Positions 7,549-14,946 of a stretch of DNA of 21,405 nt are shown here, one piece after another. The stretch covers positions 1 through 21,405 of the forward strand of contig JBEQAY010000018.1 in NCBI GenBank assembly GCA_041640075.1. The letters run 5' to 3'. The stretch comes from Candidatus Nanohaloarchaea archaeon. GTDB lineage: Archaea > Nanohalarchaeota > Nanosalinia > Nanosalinales > Nanosalinaceae. Every line of letters begins with the position of its first letter. Positions within the stretch are counted from its first letter, which is position 1. Under the pieces are notes generated by a model that searched no databases, was not told the DNA's origin, and saw only the letters and a list, made by a program, of their open reading frames with translations. A program made the translations under genes and the position numbers.

Positions 7549-10122
7549 TCAGGACTTCAGCCGGTACTTGACGTCACCGTCTTCCTTCTCCATCTCTATT
7601 TTTCCTTCCTTTGCAAGCCAGCCAAGGCCTTCGTGAAGCTTCTCATGGTTGATCTGATCTGCGGTGAAGTTCAGCAACTGGTTTGCCTTGGCTTCTCCCT
7701 CTTCTTTCAAGGTGTCGTAGATTCTTCCGGCAGTTCCTCCGATCGATGTCTCCACATCCACTTCAACCTTGAACTCTGAATCTCCTTCAGCTTCGTAGTC
7801 AGAGCCTTCACGTGAAACACTACTGGTGTCAACACCTTGCTCAGCTTCGTGAACCTTCAGAATAGTTTCTAATGCTACATCCGGTGATACAGAGATCGCA
7901 TCGATTCCTTCCTCGACCAAGAAGTCTGCGTACCCTTCGTGTGTTGAGGGTGCATCGCCACAGATTCCAACGTGCCGGTTCCGGCTGTGAGCCTTGTTGA
8001 TCAACTTGCTGACAGAGTCTTTGACGGCTTTATCCCGTTCGTCAAATAGTTCCTTTAGCTTGTCACTGTTCCTGTCTACTCCAAGAGTCAACTGGGTCAG
8101 ATCGTTGGTTCCTATGCTGAACCCGTCGAATACCTCTGCAAATTCCTCTGCACGGATGATATTTGCAGGTATCTCTGCCATGACGTAGACTTCAATGTCT
8201 CCTTCGTCCAGCCCGTACTCTTTCATCTTTGCCCGTACATTCTTTCCTTCCTCTACTGTCCGGCAGAACGGAACCATGACTGTGATGTTGTCAAGCCCCA
8301 GTTCATCGATGCATTTTCTAAGTGCCTTGCATTCGAGCTCGAAGGCCTGACTGAAAAGTTCGTCGTAGTAACGGGAGGCACCTCTGAAACCAAGCATAGG
8401 ATTCGCTTCATCCGGTTCGTATTCTTCTCCACCTTCCAGTTCTGCGTACTCGTCTGACTTGAAATCAGATAGTCTCACGACCACCTGGTCGGGGTAGAAT
8501 GCGGCTCCGATCTTTCCGAGTCCTGATCTTAGAGCTTCCACGTACTCGTGCTCACGGCCCTCCTCGATAAGCTTCAGTGGATGCTCTCCGACGTGGCTGG
8601 AGATGATGAATTCCTCTCTTGCAAGACCGACTCCTTCAACAGGCAGCTGTGCTAAGTGGAACGCCTCGCTCGGCTCACCGATATTAACCTGTACATCTGT
8701 GTCTGTCTCAGGGATCTCATCGAGGTGGTGCTCGTTAACCTTGAAATCTAGAGCACTGTCCCAGATTTTTCCTGTCGAACTGGAGCAGTCCACGGTGACT
8801 TTTTGCCCGTCGCTCAACTTTGACGTGGCTGTCTCTGTTCCGATAACCGCCGGCACTCCAAGTTCTCTTGAAACAATAGCGGCGTGGCTTGTACGTCCCC
8901 CCTTGTTCGTTATGATTGCACCTGCCTTCTTCATTATTGGCTCCCAGTCAGGGTCTGTCATGTCTGTCACCAGTACCTGACCTTCCTCGAACTGATCAAT
9001 CTGTTTAGGAGAGTCAAGCACGTGAGCTTTTCCGTTTCCAATCTTTGATCCGATAGCAGCTCCTTCAAGCACTACTTCAGATTCTTCTTCAAGTTTGTAG
9101 TCCTCGATTACGTTTTCATCCTTCTCCGCCTGCACGGTCTCCGGACGGGCCTGCACGATGTAAAGCTCCTTGGTCTGACCATCAAGAACCCATTCAATAT
9201 CCATGGGCTTATCATAGTGTTCCTCGATACGCATAGCGTATTTGGCCAGCTCCTTGACCTGGTTATCAGTTATGGAGAACTGATCTCTGTCTTCCTGAGG
9301 AACATCAACTTCCTTGTTCTCTTCATCGTCTCCCTGCTCATGTTCATCATTCCTTACAAGCTTGATCTCCTTGTCCCCAAGATTCTTTTCAATTATACCA
9401 AGATTTTCCTTGAAAACCGTGAACTCGTCAGGATTGACTTCTCCCAAGACGACGTACTCTCCAAGGCCGTAAGATGCGTTGATGGTAACGACATTGTCGA
9501 AACCAGAGTCCGGGTCCAGTGTGAACATGACCCCTGAGGCTCCTATGTCAGAGCGCCCCATCTTCTGGACGACTGCTGAAAGCTTGACGTCGAAGTGGTT
9601 GAAACCTTTGTCCTCTCGATAAGAAATAGCTCTGTTCGTGAATAATGAGGCAAAGCAGTCCTTGATTCTTTTAATAAGATCTTTTTTTCCTGATACGTTC
9701 AGATAGGTTTCCTGCTGTCCTGCAAAAGATGCTCCGGGCAGGTCCTCGGCTGTGGCTGAAGAACGAACAGCTACTTCAGGGTCTTCCACACCTATTTCCT
9801 CTGAAAGTACTTCGTATGCTTCTATGAAATCATCACGCAGATTTTCAGGCATGTCCGCTTCCTTGATCAACGAACGAATTTGTTCTCCTCTTCTCTGAAG
9901 ATCATTCACATCATCAGTGTCCAGGCCATCAAGTAATCTTTCAATCTTATCTCTCAGTCCTGTATCATGTATAAACTGATCGTATGCTTCCGATGTGGTC
10001 GCGTAGCCTGGTAGAACAGGTACGTTTGTTTCGTTTCTGAGTTCTCCAAGGTTTGCGCCTTTTCCTCCAACTTTTGCGGTGTCGTCGGCTGTGATTTCCC
10101 CGAATCCGAGAACATTCTTCAT
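7549..10122 (-). CDS. ppsA: Phosphoenolpyruvate synthase (pyruvate, water dikinase) with C-terminal DUF2582-like winged-helix fusion
   Basis: 'VGGKGANLGEL', 'VAVRSSATAEDL', 'SFAGQQETYLN', phospho-His motif 'GGRTSHAAIVSRE', 'EANPMLGFRG', 'GFSIGTNDLTQ' and 'GICG', plus an extra ~95 aa C-terminus. Confidence 0.96.
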   Translation of the reverse strand: MKNVLGFGEITADDTAKVGGKGANLGELRNETNVPVLPGYATTSEAYDQFIHDTGLRDKIERLLDGLDTDDVNDLQRRGEQIRSLIKEADMPENLRDDFIEAYEVLSEEIGVEDPEVAVRSSATAEDLPGASFAGQQETYLNVSGKKDLIKRIKDCFASLFTNRAISYREDKGFNHFDVKLSAVVQKMGRSDIGASGVMFTLDPDSGFDNVVTINASYGLGEYVVLGEVNPDEFTVFKENLGIIEKNLGDKEIKLVRNDEHEQGDDEENKEVDVPQEDRDQFSITDNQVKELAKYAMRIEEHYDKPMDIEWVLDGQTKELYIVQARPETVQAEKDENVIEDYKLEEESEVVLEGAAIGSKIGNGKAHVLDSPKQIDQFEEGQVLVTDMTDPDWEPIMKKAGAIITNKGGRTSHAAIVSRELGVPAVIGTETATSKLSDGQKVTVDCSSSTGKIWDSALDFKVNEHHLDEIPETDTDVQVNIGEPSEAFHLAQLPVEGVGLAREEFIISSHVGEHPLKLIEEGREHEYVEALRSGLGKIGAAFYPDQVVVRLSDFKSDEYAELEGGEEYEPDEANPMLGFRGASRYYDELFSQAFELECKALRKCIDELGLDNITVMVPFCRTVEEGKNVRAKMKEYGLDEGDIEVYVMAEIPANIIRAEEFAEVFDGFSIGTNDLTQLTLGVDRNSDKLKELFDERDKAVKDSVSKLINKAHSRNRHVGICGDAPSTHEGYADFLVEEGIDAISVSPDVALETILKVHEAEQGVDTSSVSREGSDYEAEGDSEFKVEVDVETSIGGTAGRIYDTLKEEGEAKANQLLNFTADQINHEKLHEGLGWLAKEGKIEMEKEDGDVKYRLKS

Positions 10123-10145
10123 ACTTGATTATTGCCGGAAGCTGC

Positions 10146-10160
10146 CATATAAAAAGGCCG
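10146..10160 (-). promoter_or_regulatory. Putative TATA box of ppsA
   Basis: The minus strand reads cggccTTTTTATAtg, about 26-33 nt upstream of the ATG at 10122. Confidence 0.55.
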
Positions 10161-10207
10161 TTATCATCAGAGAGTGAAACTTCTGAGAAAGAACTTTTTA
10201 TGTAAAC

Positions 10208-10858
10208 TTAATCTCTCTGGACTATTGTACGGTCGATACGTCCTATCTCAGGTCCGCTAGTGTCCTCACCGACCAGAATCACGTTATCGTTAGCTGCTGC
10301 ACCCGAACCCACGAATGGAGAACCTGTGTTCACGGTTCCAATATCGACATCTTCAAGATCAAGAACTTCTTTCAGTTTCTCTGCCTCATCTTCAGATGCG
10401 TCTCTGTGAATAACCGCTCCATAAGAGTTTGTAACAGCTGTTGAGCCGACGTTTCCGATGCCTGCGATTTCCCCGACCTCTACAGGTACTTCAAGAGCAT
10501 CGGAGATCTCTTCCTTCTGGTCTTCAAGCCTTTCGCTGATCAAAGCACCGCTGTCGTTCGCCAGTATCTGGTTCCCGAGCGCAGTTTCTTTGGTATCGAT
10601 TACCTGGAAGTCTACGTTTGACTCTTCAAGCTTACTATGTTCTCTATCTGTTATAGTATCTGGTACGAGTATGCAGTTCGAATTTCCGGCTGTGAAAAGC
10701 CCTACAAGTCTTGTACGTGCGATGAATGTCTCACAGTAATCTGTATCAAGATCTTCAGTTCTCTTGAACTCTGGAGGTACTATACTCTGTTCCTGTGAGG
10801 TTGTTACGTAGAAACCTATGTTGATGTTGCCTTCGTAGTTGTATCTTTGAATATCCAT
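10208..10858 (-). CDS. eif6: Translation initiation factor 6 (aIF6/eIF6)
   Basis: '[10 protein letters not shown]', '[11 protein letters not shown]', '[13 protein letters not shown]' and '[13 protein letters not shown]'. The likely start is the ATG at 10858 (MDIQRY) with GGAG upstream; the track's extension overlaps rpl39e. Confidence 0.95.
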   Translation of the reverse strand: MDIQRYNYEGNINIGFYVTTSQEQSIVPPEFKRTEDLDTDYCETFIARTRLVGLFTAGNSNCILVPDTITDREHSKLEESNVDFQVIDTKETALGNQILANDSGALISERLEDQKEEISDALEVPVEVGEIAGIGNVGSTAVTNSYGAVIHRDASEDEAEKLKEVLDLEDVDIGTVNTGSPFVGSGAAANDNVILVGEDTSGPEIGRIDRTIVQRD

Positions 10859-10899
10859 TTTCTTACTCCAGAAATAAATTGAGAGAAAAGATCTGTGGT

Positions 10900-11070
10900 T
10901 TAATCGATGTCGTCTCTTCTCCAGTGCCTGTCTTTTCTTGGCTTGATGGACTTCTTTGCTGCTCTGTCCATACCGAAGGCTTTGAGTGAAACCCATCTTG
11001 GAGCGGATTTCGCCTTCTTGTTGGCTTTAGCCAGTTTCTTCTTCAGCGCTGAACTCTTGTTTGAACTCAT
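10900..11070 (-). CDS. rpl39e: 50S ribosomal protein L39e (56 aa; absent from the ORF track)
   Basis: Manual translation: [56 protein letters not shown]. It has the L39e motifs 'K..K..LAK', 'P.WV..K' and 'RHWRR', a GGAGGTGA SD upstream, and the canonical position between PDCD5 and eIF6. Confidence 0.93.
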   Translation of the reverse strand: MSSNKSSALKKKLAKANKKAKSAPRWVSLKAFGMDRAAKKSIKPRKDRHWRRDDID

Positions 11071-11080
11071 AATTCAATTT

Positions 11081-11410
11081 TCACCTCCTGAAACTTATAT
11101 TACCCTTGTCTTCCTGCTTTTCATCTTGAAGCTCTCTAAGTATCTCCTTCAACGAACCATCGTCAACTTCACCTATACGACCCATCTCACCGAGTCTTGC
11201 AATCTGAGCGGAAACCGCGTGCGCAAGCTCAGGTTTAGCAGCCCGGATATTCCCCAATCTGGAAATTGCTTCCTGGGTCATGTACTGGTAGGCTTCCTGC
11301 TTTACAGACTCTCTCTGCTCCTCCAGCCGCTCTTCACGGTCTTGATCGCTACCTTGCTGAAGCTCTTCCTTCTTCTTTTCACGAAGCTTTTCCAGTTCGT
11401 CTTCATCCAT
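11081..11410 (-). CDS. PDCD5-like double-stranded DNA-binding protein (DUF122/TFAR19 family)
   Basis: 'MDEDELEKLREKKKEELQ', 'MTQEAISRLGNIRAAKPELA', 'VDDGSLKEIL' and a terminal 'ISFRR'; canonical neighbour of rps19e. Confidence 0.93.
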   Translation of the reverse strand: MDEDELEKLREKKKEELQQGSDQDREERLEEQRESVKQEAYQYMTQEAISRLGNIRAAKPELAHAVSAQIARLGEMGRIGEVDDGSLKEILRELQDEKQEDKGNISFRR

Positions 11411-11471
11411 AGGTTATCGACCCGAAGATCAGAGATCTTCTGAGAGGCTGTAACTTGAAGGGTTACAACCT

Positions 11472-11879
11472 TTACTGAACTTCTTCAGATTTTTCGTCCA
11501 GGAAGCTCTTTCCTTCGTCTGTAATCTTCCGGCCTTCTCCTTCTTCTGTTTCTACAAAGCCTGCTTCCTCCAGGTTCTGAAGAGCTGTCCTGATAACTTT
11601 CCCGGAAGCTTTTCCGTGGTGCTCCGGTCCATGCCCATTGTTCTCTCTGCTTCCGTAGATTGTACGGAGTTTTGAGACTCCTAGAGGGCCGTCAGTATAG
11701 ATTCTTCGCAGGATTGCTGCACTTCTGATATGGTACCAGTTGTCCTGCTGTGGAGGACTGTCTCGATCGCTTCCGGACTTTACGTAGTTCGTCCATTCCG
11801 GTGCTTCGAATTCATCCTCTAGCTCTTCCGCTACTTCCTGAATAAGCGGCTCTGCTTTTACATCGTAAACAGTTGTCAT
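11472..11879 (-). CDS. rps19e: 30S ribosomal protein S19e
   Basis: 'MTTVYDV', 'APEWTNYVKSG', 'PPQQDNWYHIRSAAILRRIY', 'GPLGVSKLRTIYG' and 'SGKVIRTALQNLEEAG'. ATG at 11879 with a TATA-like TTTAAAA about 27 nt upstream. Confidence 0.97.
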   Translation of the reverse strand: MTTVYDVKAEPLIQEVAEELEDEFEAPEWTNYVKSGSDRDSPPQQDNWYHIRSAAILRRIYTDGPLGVSKLRTIYGSRENNGHGPEHHGKASGKVIRTALQNLEEAGFVETEEGEGRKITDEGKSFLDEKSEEVQ

Positions 11880-11965
11880 ACAAGAACAACCGATGCTCAA
11901 AAACTTTTAAATGAACTTGAAATTCGGGAAAGGCTTAAACATCTATGAAGCTCAAGTCCCAATGT

Positions 11966-12352
11966 GTGAGTGTCTTCAGTTATCTTAGAAATCTAGGCGA
12001 TTCAAGACTACCTGTATTAGCAGCTTTTGTTGCGGCTGTACTTCTGGTTTCTTGGGGTTTTACATCTGGTTTCGAGACTGTTGAGGCCTCAGGAACATGT
12101 TTTACTGAGGAAGTGAGATGTCATGGAATGCCTTTTGGCAGCCAATGTGTGGGTGTTGAAGATAGAGAGTATGAATATGTCTCGAAGGATTCGTGTGGTA
12201 ACATAGATGAAATCCGGCTTAGATGCGACAGACTCAGAAATATAAGCTGTCAGAATGGAGATCAGTGGATTAATAAGTCAGTGGCTTTCGGCCGGAGTTG
12301 TTATGAATGGAACCAGACCTACAACCTAGGTATGCAGGACTGCAAACAGTAA
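11966..12352 (+). CDS. Membrane-anchored Cys-rich small protein (8 Cys after the TM)
   Basis: Hydrophobic anchor 'LPVLAAFVAAVLLVSWGF'. The start is either ATG 11945 or GTG 11966; 11966 fits the spacing from the TTAAAC box at about 11935. Confidence 0.65.
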   Translation: MSVFSYLRNLGDSRLPVLAAFVAAVLLVSWGFTSGFETVEASGTCFTEEVRCHGMPFGSQCVGVEDREYEYVSKDSCGNIDEIRLRCDRLRNISCQNGDQWINKSVAFGRSCYEWNQTYNLGMQDCKQ

Positions 12353-12378
12353 TAAAGAGAGAATGCAAAGGGGAAGGT

Positions 12379-12807
12379 ATGGGGATTGAAGGCCTTAAAC
12401 AGAAGATAGGGGTGCTGGAGCGAGAATATACTCTGGATCAGAGAGAGGTGGCGAAGATACTCATAATAACTTCTACTACCATTCTTTTGCTATCTTTGTT
12501 CAGTTTAAATCATTTGGAAGCAGCTTCGGCCGATATAGGATCTTCTGAGGGAAATTTCTCCAGTTTAAGCGGTATGGTATCTTCAGAAGACTATAATCAG
12601 ACAGTAGATGCACTTCAGGATGTTCAGCAGGGAACTATATCAAATAGAATGCAGTATGCAGCAGAGTTCTTTGCAACAGCTCAAGCCAGTGTGTATTCGA
12701 TGCAAGGGGTTCAAGACCGCTTAGATTCAATCTTGGGCATCTACCGTTGGCTGGTTCTACTAGCTATACTGGGAGAGGTTGCAGGCGTGTCACTATTATA
12801 CGTTTAG
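12379..12807 (+). CDS. Hypothetical membrane protein with two TM segments flanking a helical extracellular loop
   Basis: ATG at 12379 after GGGGAAGG; TMs 'ILIITSTTILLLSLFSL' and 'WLVLLAILGEVAGVSLLYV'. Confidence 0.7.
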   Translation: MGIEGLKQKIGVLEREYTLDQREVAKILIITSTTILLLSLFSLNHLEAASADIGSSEGNFSSLSGMVSSEDYNQTVDALQDVQQGTISNRMQYAAEFFATAQASVYSMQGVQDRLDSILGIYRWLVLLAILGEVAGVSLLYV

Positions 12808-12824
12808 CTGATAAATGATTAGGT

Positions 12825-14186
12825 GTGAGAGGAAAAGGAGCAGTCTTACTGGCTTTTTCACTGGCATCGTTAATATCTCTGGGTGGAGCTCAAACTTTTG
12901 GAGATCCGGCTACAGGACCTTTACCTAATGTCACGGAATTAAACGTATATGATGTAACAGATGCGGAAGATAGACGCTATGGCGGTGAGTTGGTTGCTGA
13001 AGCAGTACTGAACAGTTCTTTTTCACTTAAATTTGAGGAGTACTCGCTTTACAGGTTTGAATTCAATATAGCGAATAACGGTTCAAGTGAGTGGAACATA
13101 TCTGGTTCTGATACCTTGAGACATTCTGGACTGAATGATACCTGGAACGTTGAAGATATCTTCTACACTATTTCAGACACTCGTTCAGGTGGGAGATTCA
13201 GTTCAGGAACTTTGAACTGGAATACTTCGGAGGAGGGTAGTTTAGAGACAAGTGGAGAGAACAGCACTATGAAGGCCTCCTACGTAATAAATGTAAGCGG
13301 TATGTCCAGCGACTATAATCTCACCTTCCAGGTGAGCGATGCTTCAAGTAACTCTGGGAGCAGGGATTCACACAATCTTTCAGTGAAAAACCTTGGAGTT
13401 CTTAACGTGTCGATCATAGGTCCTCCAAATGATACAGTTTTGCAGAGCAACAAAAGCTTCGATATTTCGGGTAGGGTTCAATGTCTGGAAGGGGTCTGTG
13501 GAGGTGTGAATCTCTCTGCAAGATACAACGATTCAGGAAGTTCGGCAGAAACACTGATTCCCAGAAACTCGGGTACGCCGTTTCATACCTTGGGCGCAAA
13601 TACTTTTCCGTTAAATACCTTGGAGGACTGCAGTTCTTATCTCGGTAGGGAGGAATCCTGCGACGTCGACATAAGTGTCAATTCCACAGGCCGGCTTGAT
13701 ACAGAGCATCTTCTTGACGTAAATGCGTCATCGAATATCACTGAGGTAGAATCAAATGATTCAGAGGATAGATTGGTTACCATAAGGAGCATTATACTTA
13801 TGGATCTTTCATGGGGCACCACGCAATTTGAACCTGCCGGTCCTGGAAGTGAGGAGGTCCCTGCAATGGGAAATGATGATTTCAAATACAATATAACTAT
13901 CACAGAGCAGAGCAACAGTGCTGATAACCTGTTTGCCAGGGCAACACCTCTTACATCTGAAGCCAATCCGAGTTACGCCATAGAACCAGGAAATATAACC
14001 TTGAGTCTTGATCAAAATCCGTCAGAAGAGGATACCAGGCTTTCGGAAAGTTTCAGGGAGATTGATGTAGGTAGAGATCTGGATCCGGGATCACTGATTC
14101 AGACGTTTTTCTTCCTCAATGTCCCTCCGGGAATCGCTGCGGGCGATTATAATGGTACAATGATGTTCAAGGCGAATAACTCATGA
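12825..14186 (+). CDS. Secreted multi-domain beta-sandwich surface glycoprotein
   Basis: GTG start, signal peptide, more than 20 N-x-S/T sequons counted by eye, 4 Cys, no C-terminal TM, and a terminal 'LNVPPGIAAGDYNGTMMFKA'. Confidence 0.8.
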   Translation: MRGKGAVLLAFSLASLISLGGAQTFGDPATGPLPNVTELNVYDVTDAEDRRYGGELVAEAVLNSSFSLKFEEYSLYRFEFNIANNGSSEWNISGSDTLRHSGLNDTWNVEDIFYTISDTRSGGRFSSGTLNWNTSEEGSLETSGENSTMKASYVINVSGMSSDYNLTFQVSDASSNSGSRDSHNLSVKNLGVLNVSIIGPPNDTVLQSNKSFDISGRVQCLEGVCGGVNLSARYNDSGSSAETLIPRNSGTPFHTLGANTFPLNTLEDCSSYLGREESCDVDISVNSTGRLDTEHLLDVNASSNITEVESNDSEDRLVTIRSIILMDLSWGTTQFEPAGPGSEEVPAMGNDDFKYNITITEQSNSADNLFARATPLTSEANPSYAIEPGNITLSLDQNPSEEDTRLSESFREIDVGRDLDPGSLIQTFFFLNVPPGIAAGDYNGTMMFKANNS

Positions 14187-14935
14187 TCCTTGATTCGAGA
14201 TACAGGAAAGCTTTGGTACTGGTTGCTGTTATTCTCTATATACCCGCTGTAGTCTCTATAGAAGGATTTGGAACCTATCAGGTAGAGGAAAGCAAGAAGA
14301 TAGACGGTTTAGAAGCCAATTTCACCATAGGTGTTGTCAATCTGTATAATGACTCTAGAAGACTTGTATTAGATGTGGAAGAAAGTCCTGATTACCGTGT
14401 AGTATTCCCGGATAATCCTGTAAACATCACGCCTTCTGAGATAACTTCTTCCTCGGCTGATGGAAGATGGATTAGCTTAGGGGCAGGCAGATATGCTGAT
14501 ATAACTCAAATAAGTTTTAAAGTTGTACTTAACGACTCTGCCAATAGGAGGAAATTTTCGGTACCACTAACGGTTGCTACGAGCCATGAACAATCAGTAA
14601 ATAGCTCTGGACCTATTCAGACTGCATATCAGGTCCAAGAACATGTTTTCAAACTTGAGACAACCAGTCAGCTGATAATGCCAGAAGCAGAGGATATCTA
14701 TGGTGAGGGAAACCTGTGGAGTTCAAATGAATCCAGTGAAGAGTCCGTGGTAAATGAATCTAGAGACGTTAACTCTTCAAATGTACGGAATGATCGAGCA
14801 AATATATCTGGTAAGTCCTCGGAAAAAGGTTTAACTCGTGATAACGAAAGTTCCAATGAGGGTGCAAATACTTGGACGCTGATGCTATTTGTCGGAGCGG
14901 TACTATCTGTGACATATTTGATCCGGCAGATATAG
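14183..14935 (+). CDS. Exported Ig-like protein with Ser/Asn-rich linker and C-terminal membrane anchor
   Basis: ATGA overlap with the upstream gene; N-terminal signal, beta-rich domain, low-complexity NESS/NSS linker and TM 'WTLMLFVGAVLSVTYLI'. Confidence 0.8.
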   Translation: MILDSRYRKALVLVAVILYIPAVVSIEGFGTYQVEESKKIDGLEANFTIGVVNLYNDSRRLVLDVEESPDYRVVFPDNPVNITPSEITSSSADGRWISLGAGRYADITQISFKVVLNDSANRRKFSVPLTVATSHEQSVNSSGPIQTAYQVQEHVFKLETTSQLIMPEAEDIYGEGNLWSSNESSEESVVNESRDVNSSNVRNDRANISGKSSEKGLTRDNESSNEGANTWTLMLFVGAVLSVTYLIRQI

Positions 14936-14946
14936 GTAACGAGATT

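Noticed and set aside
7549..10122. Intein explaining the extra length of PpsA
   Set aside because: No intein splice motifs were seen; the extra length is the C-terminal linker and wHTH domain.
10859..10996. 46-aa basic N-terminal extension of eIF6 in the ORF track
   Set aside because: It overlaps rpl39e in another frame; eIF6 homology begins at the ATG at 10858.
10907..11443. 178-aa + strand ORF and other short antisense ORFs (e.g. 687-1004, 977-1357, 4300-4632, 8603-8980, 16908-17465)
   Set aside because: They overlap well-supported genes, lack recognisable motifs and lack the acidic composition of genuine proteins here.
14872..14946. Upstream start of the 734-aa ORF
   Set aside because: It overlaps the previous gene and would bury the signal peptide; TTG at 14947 fits better.
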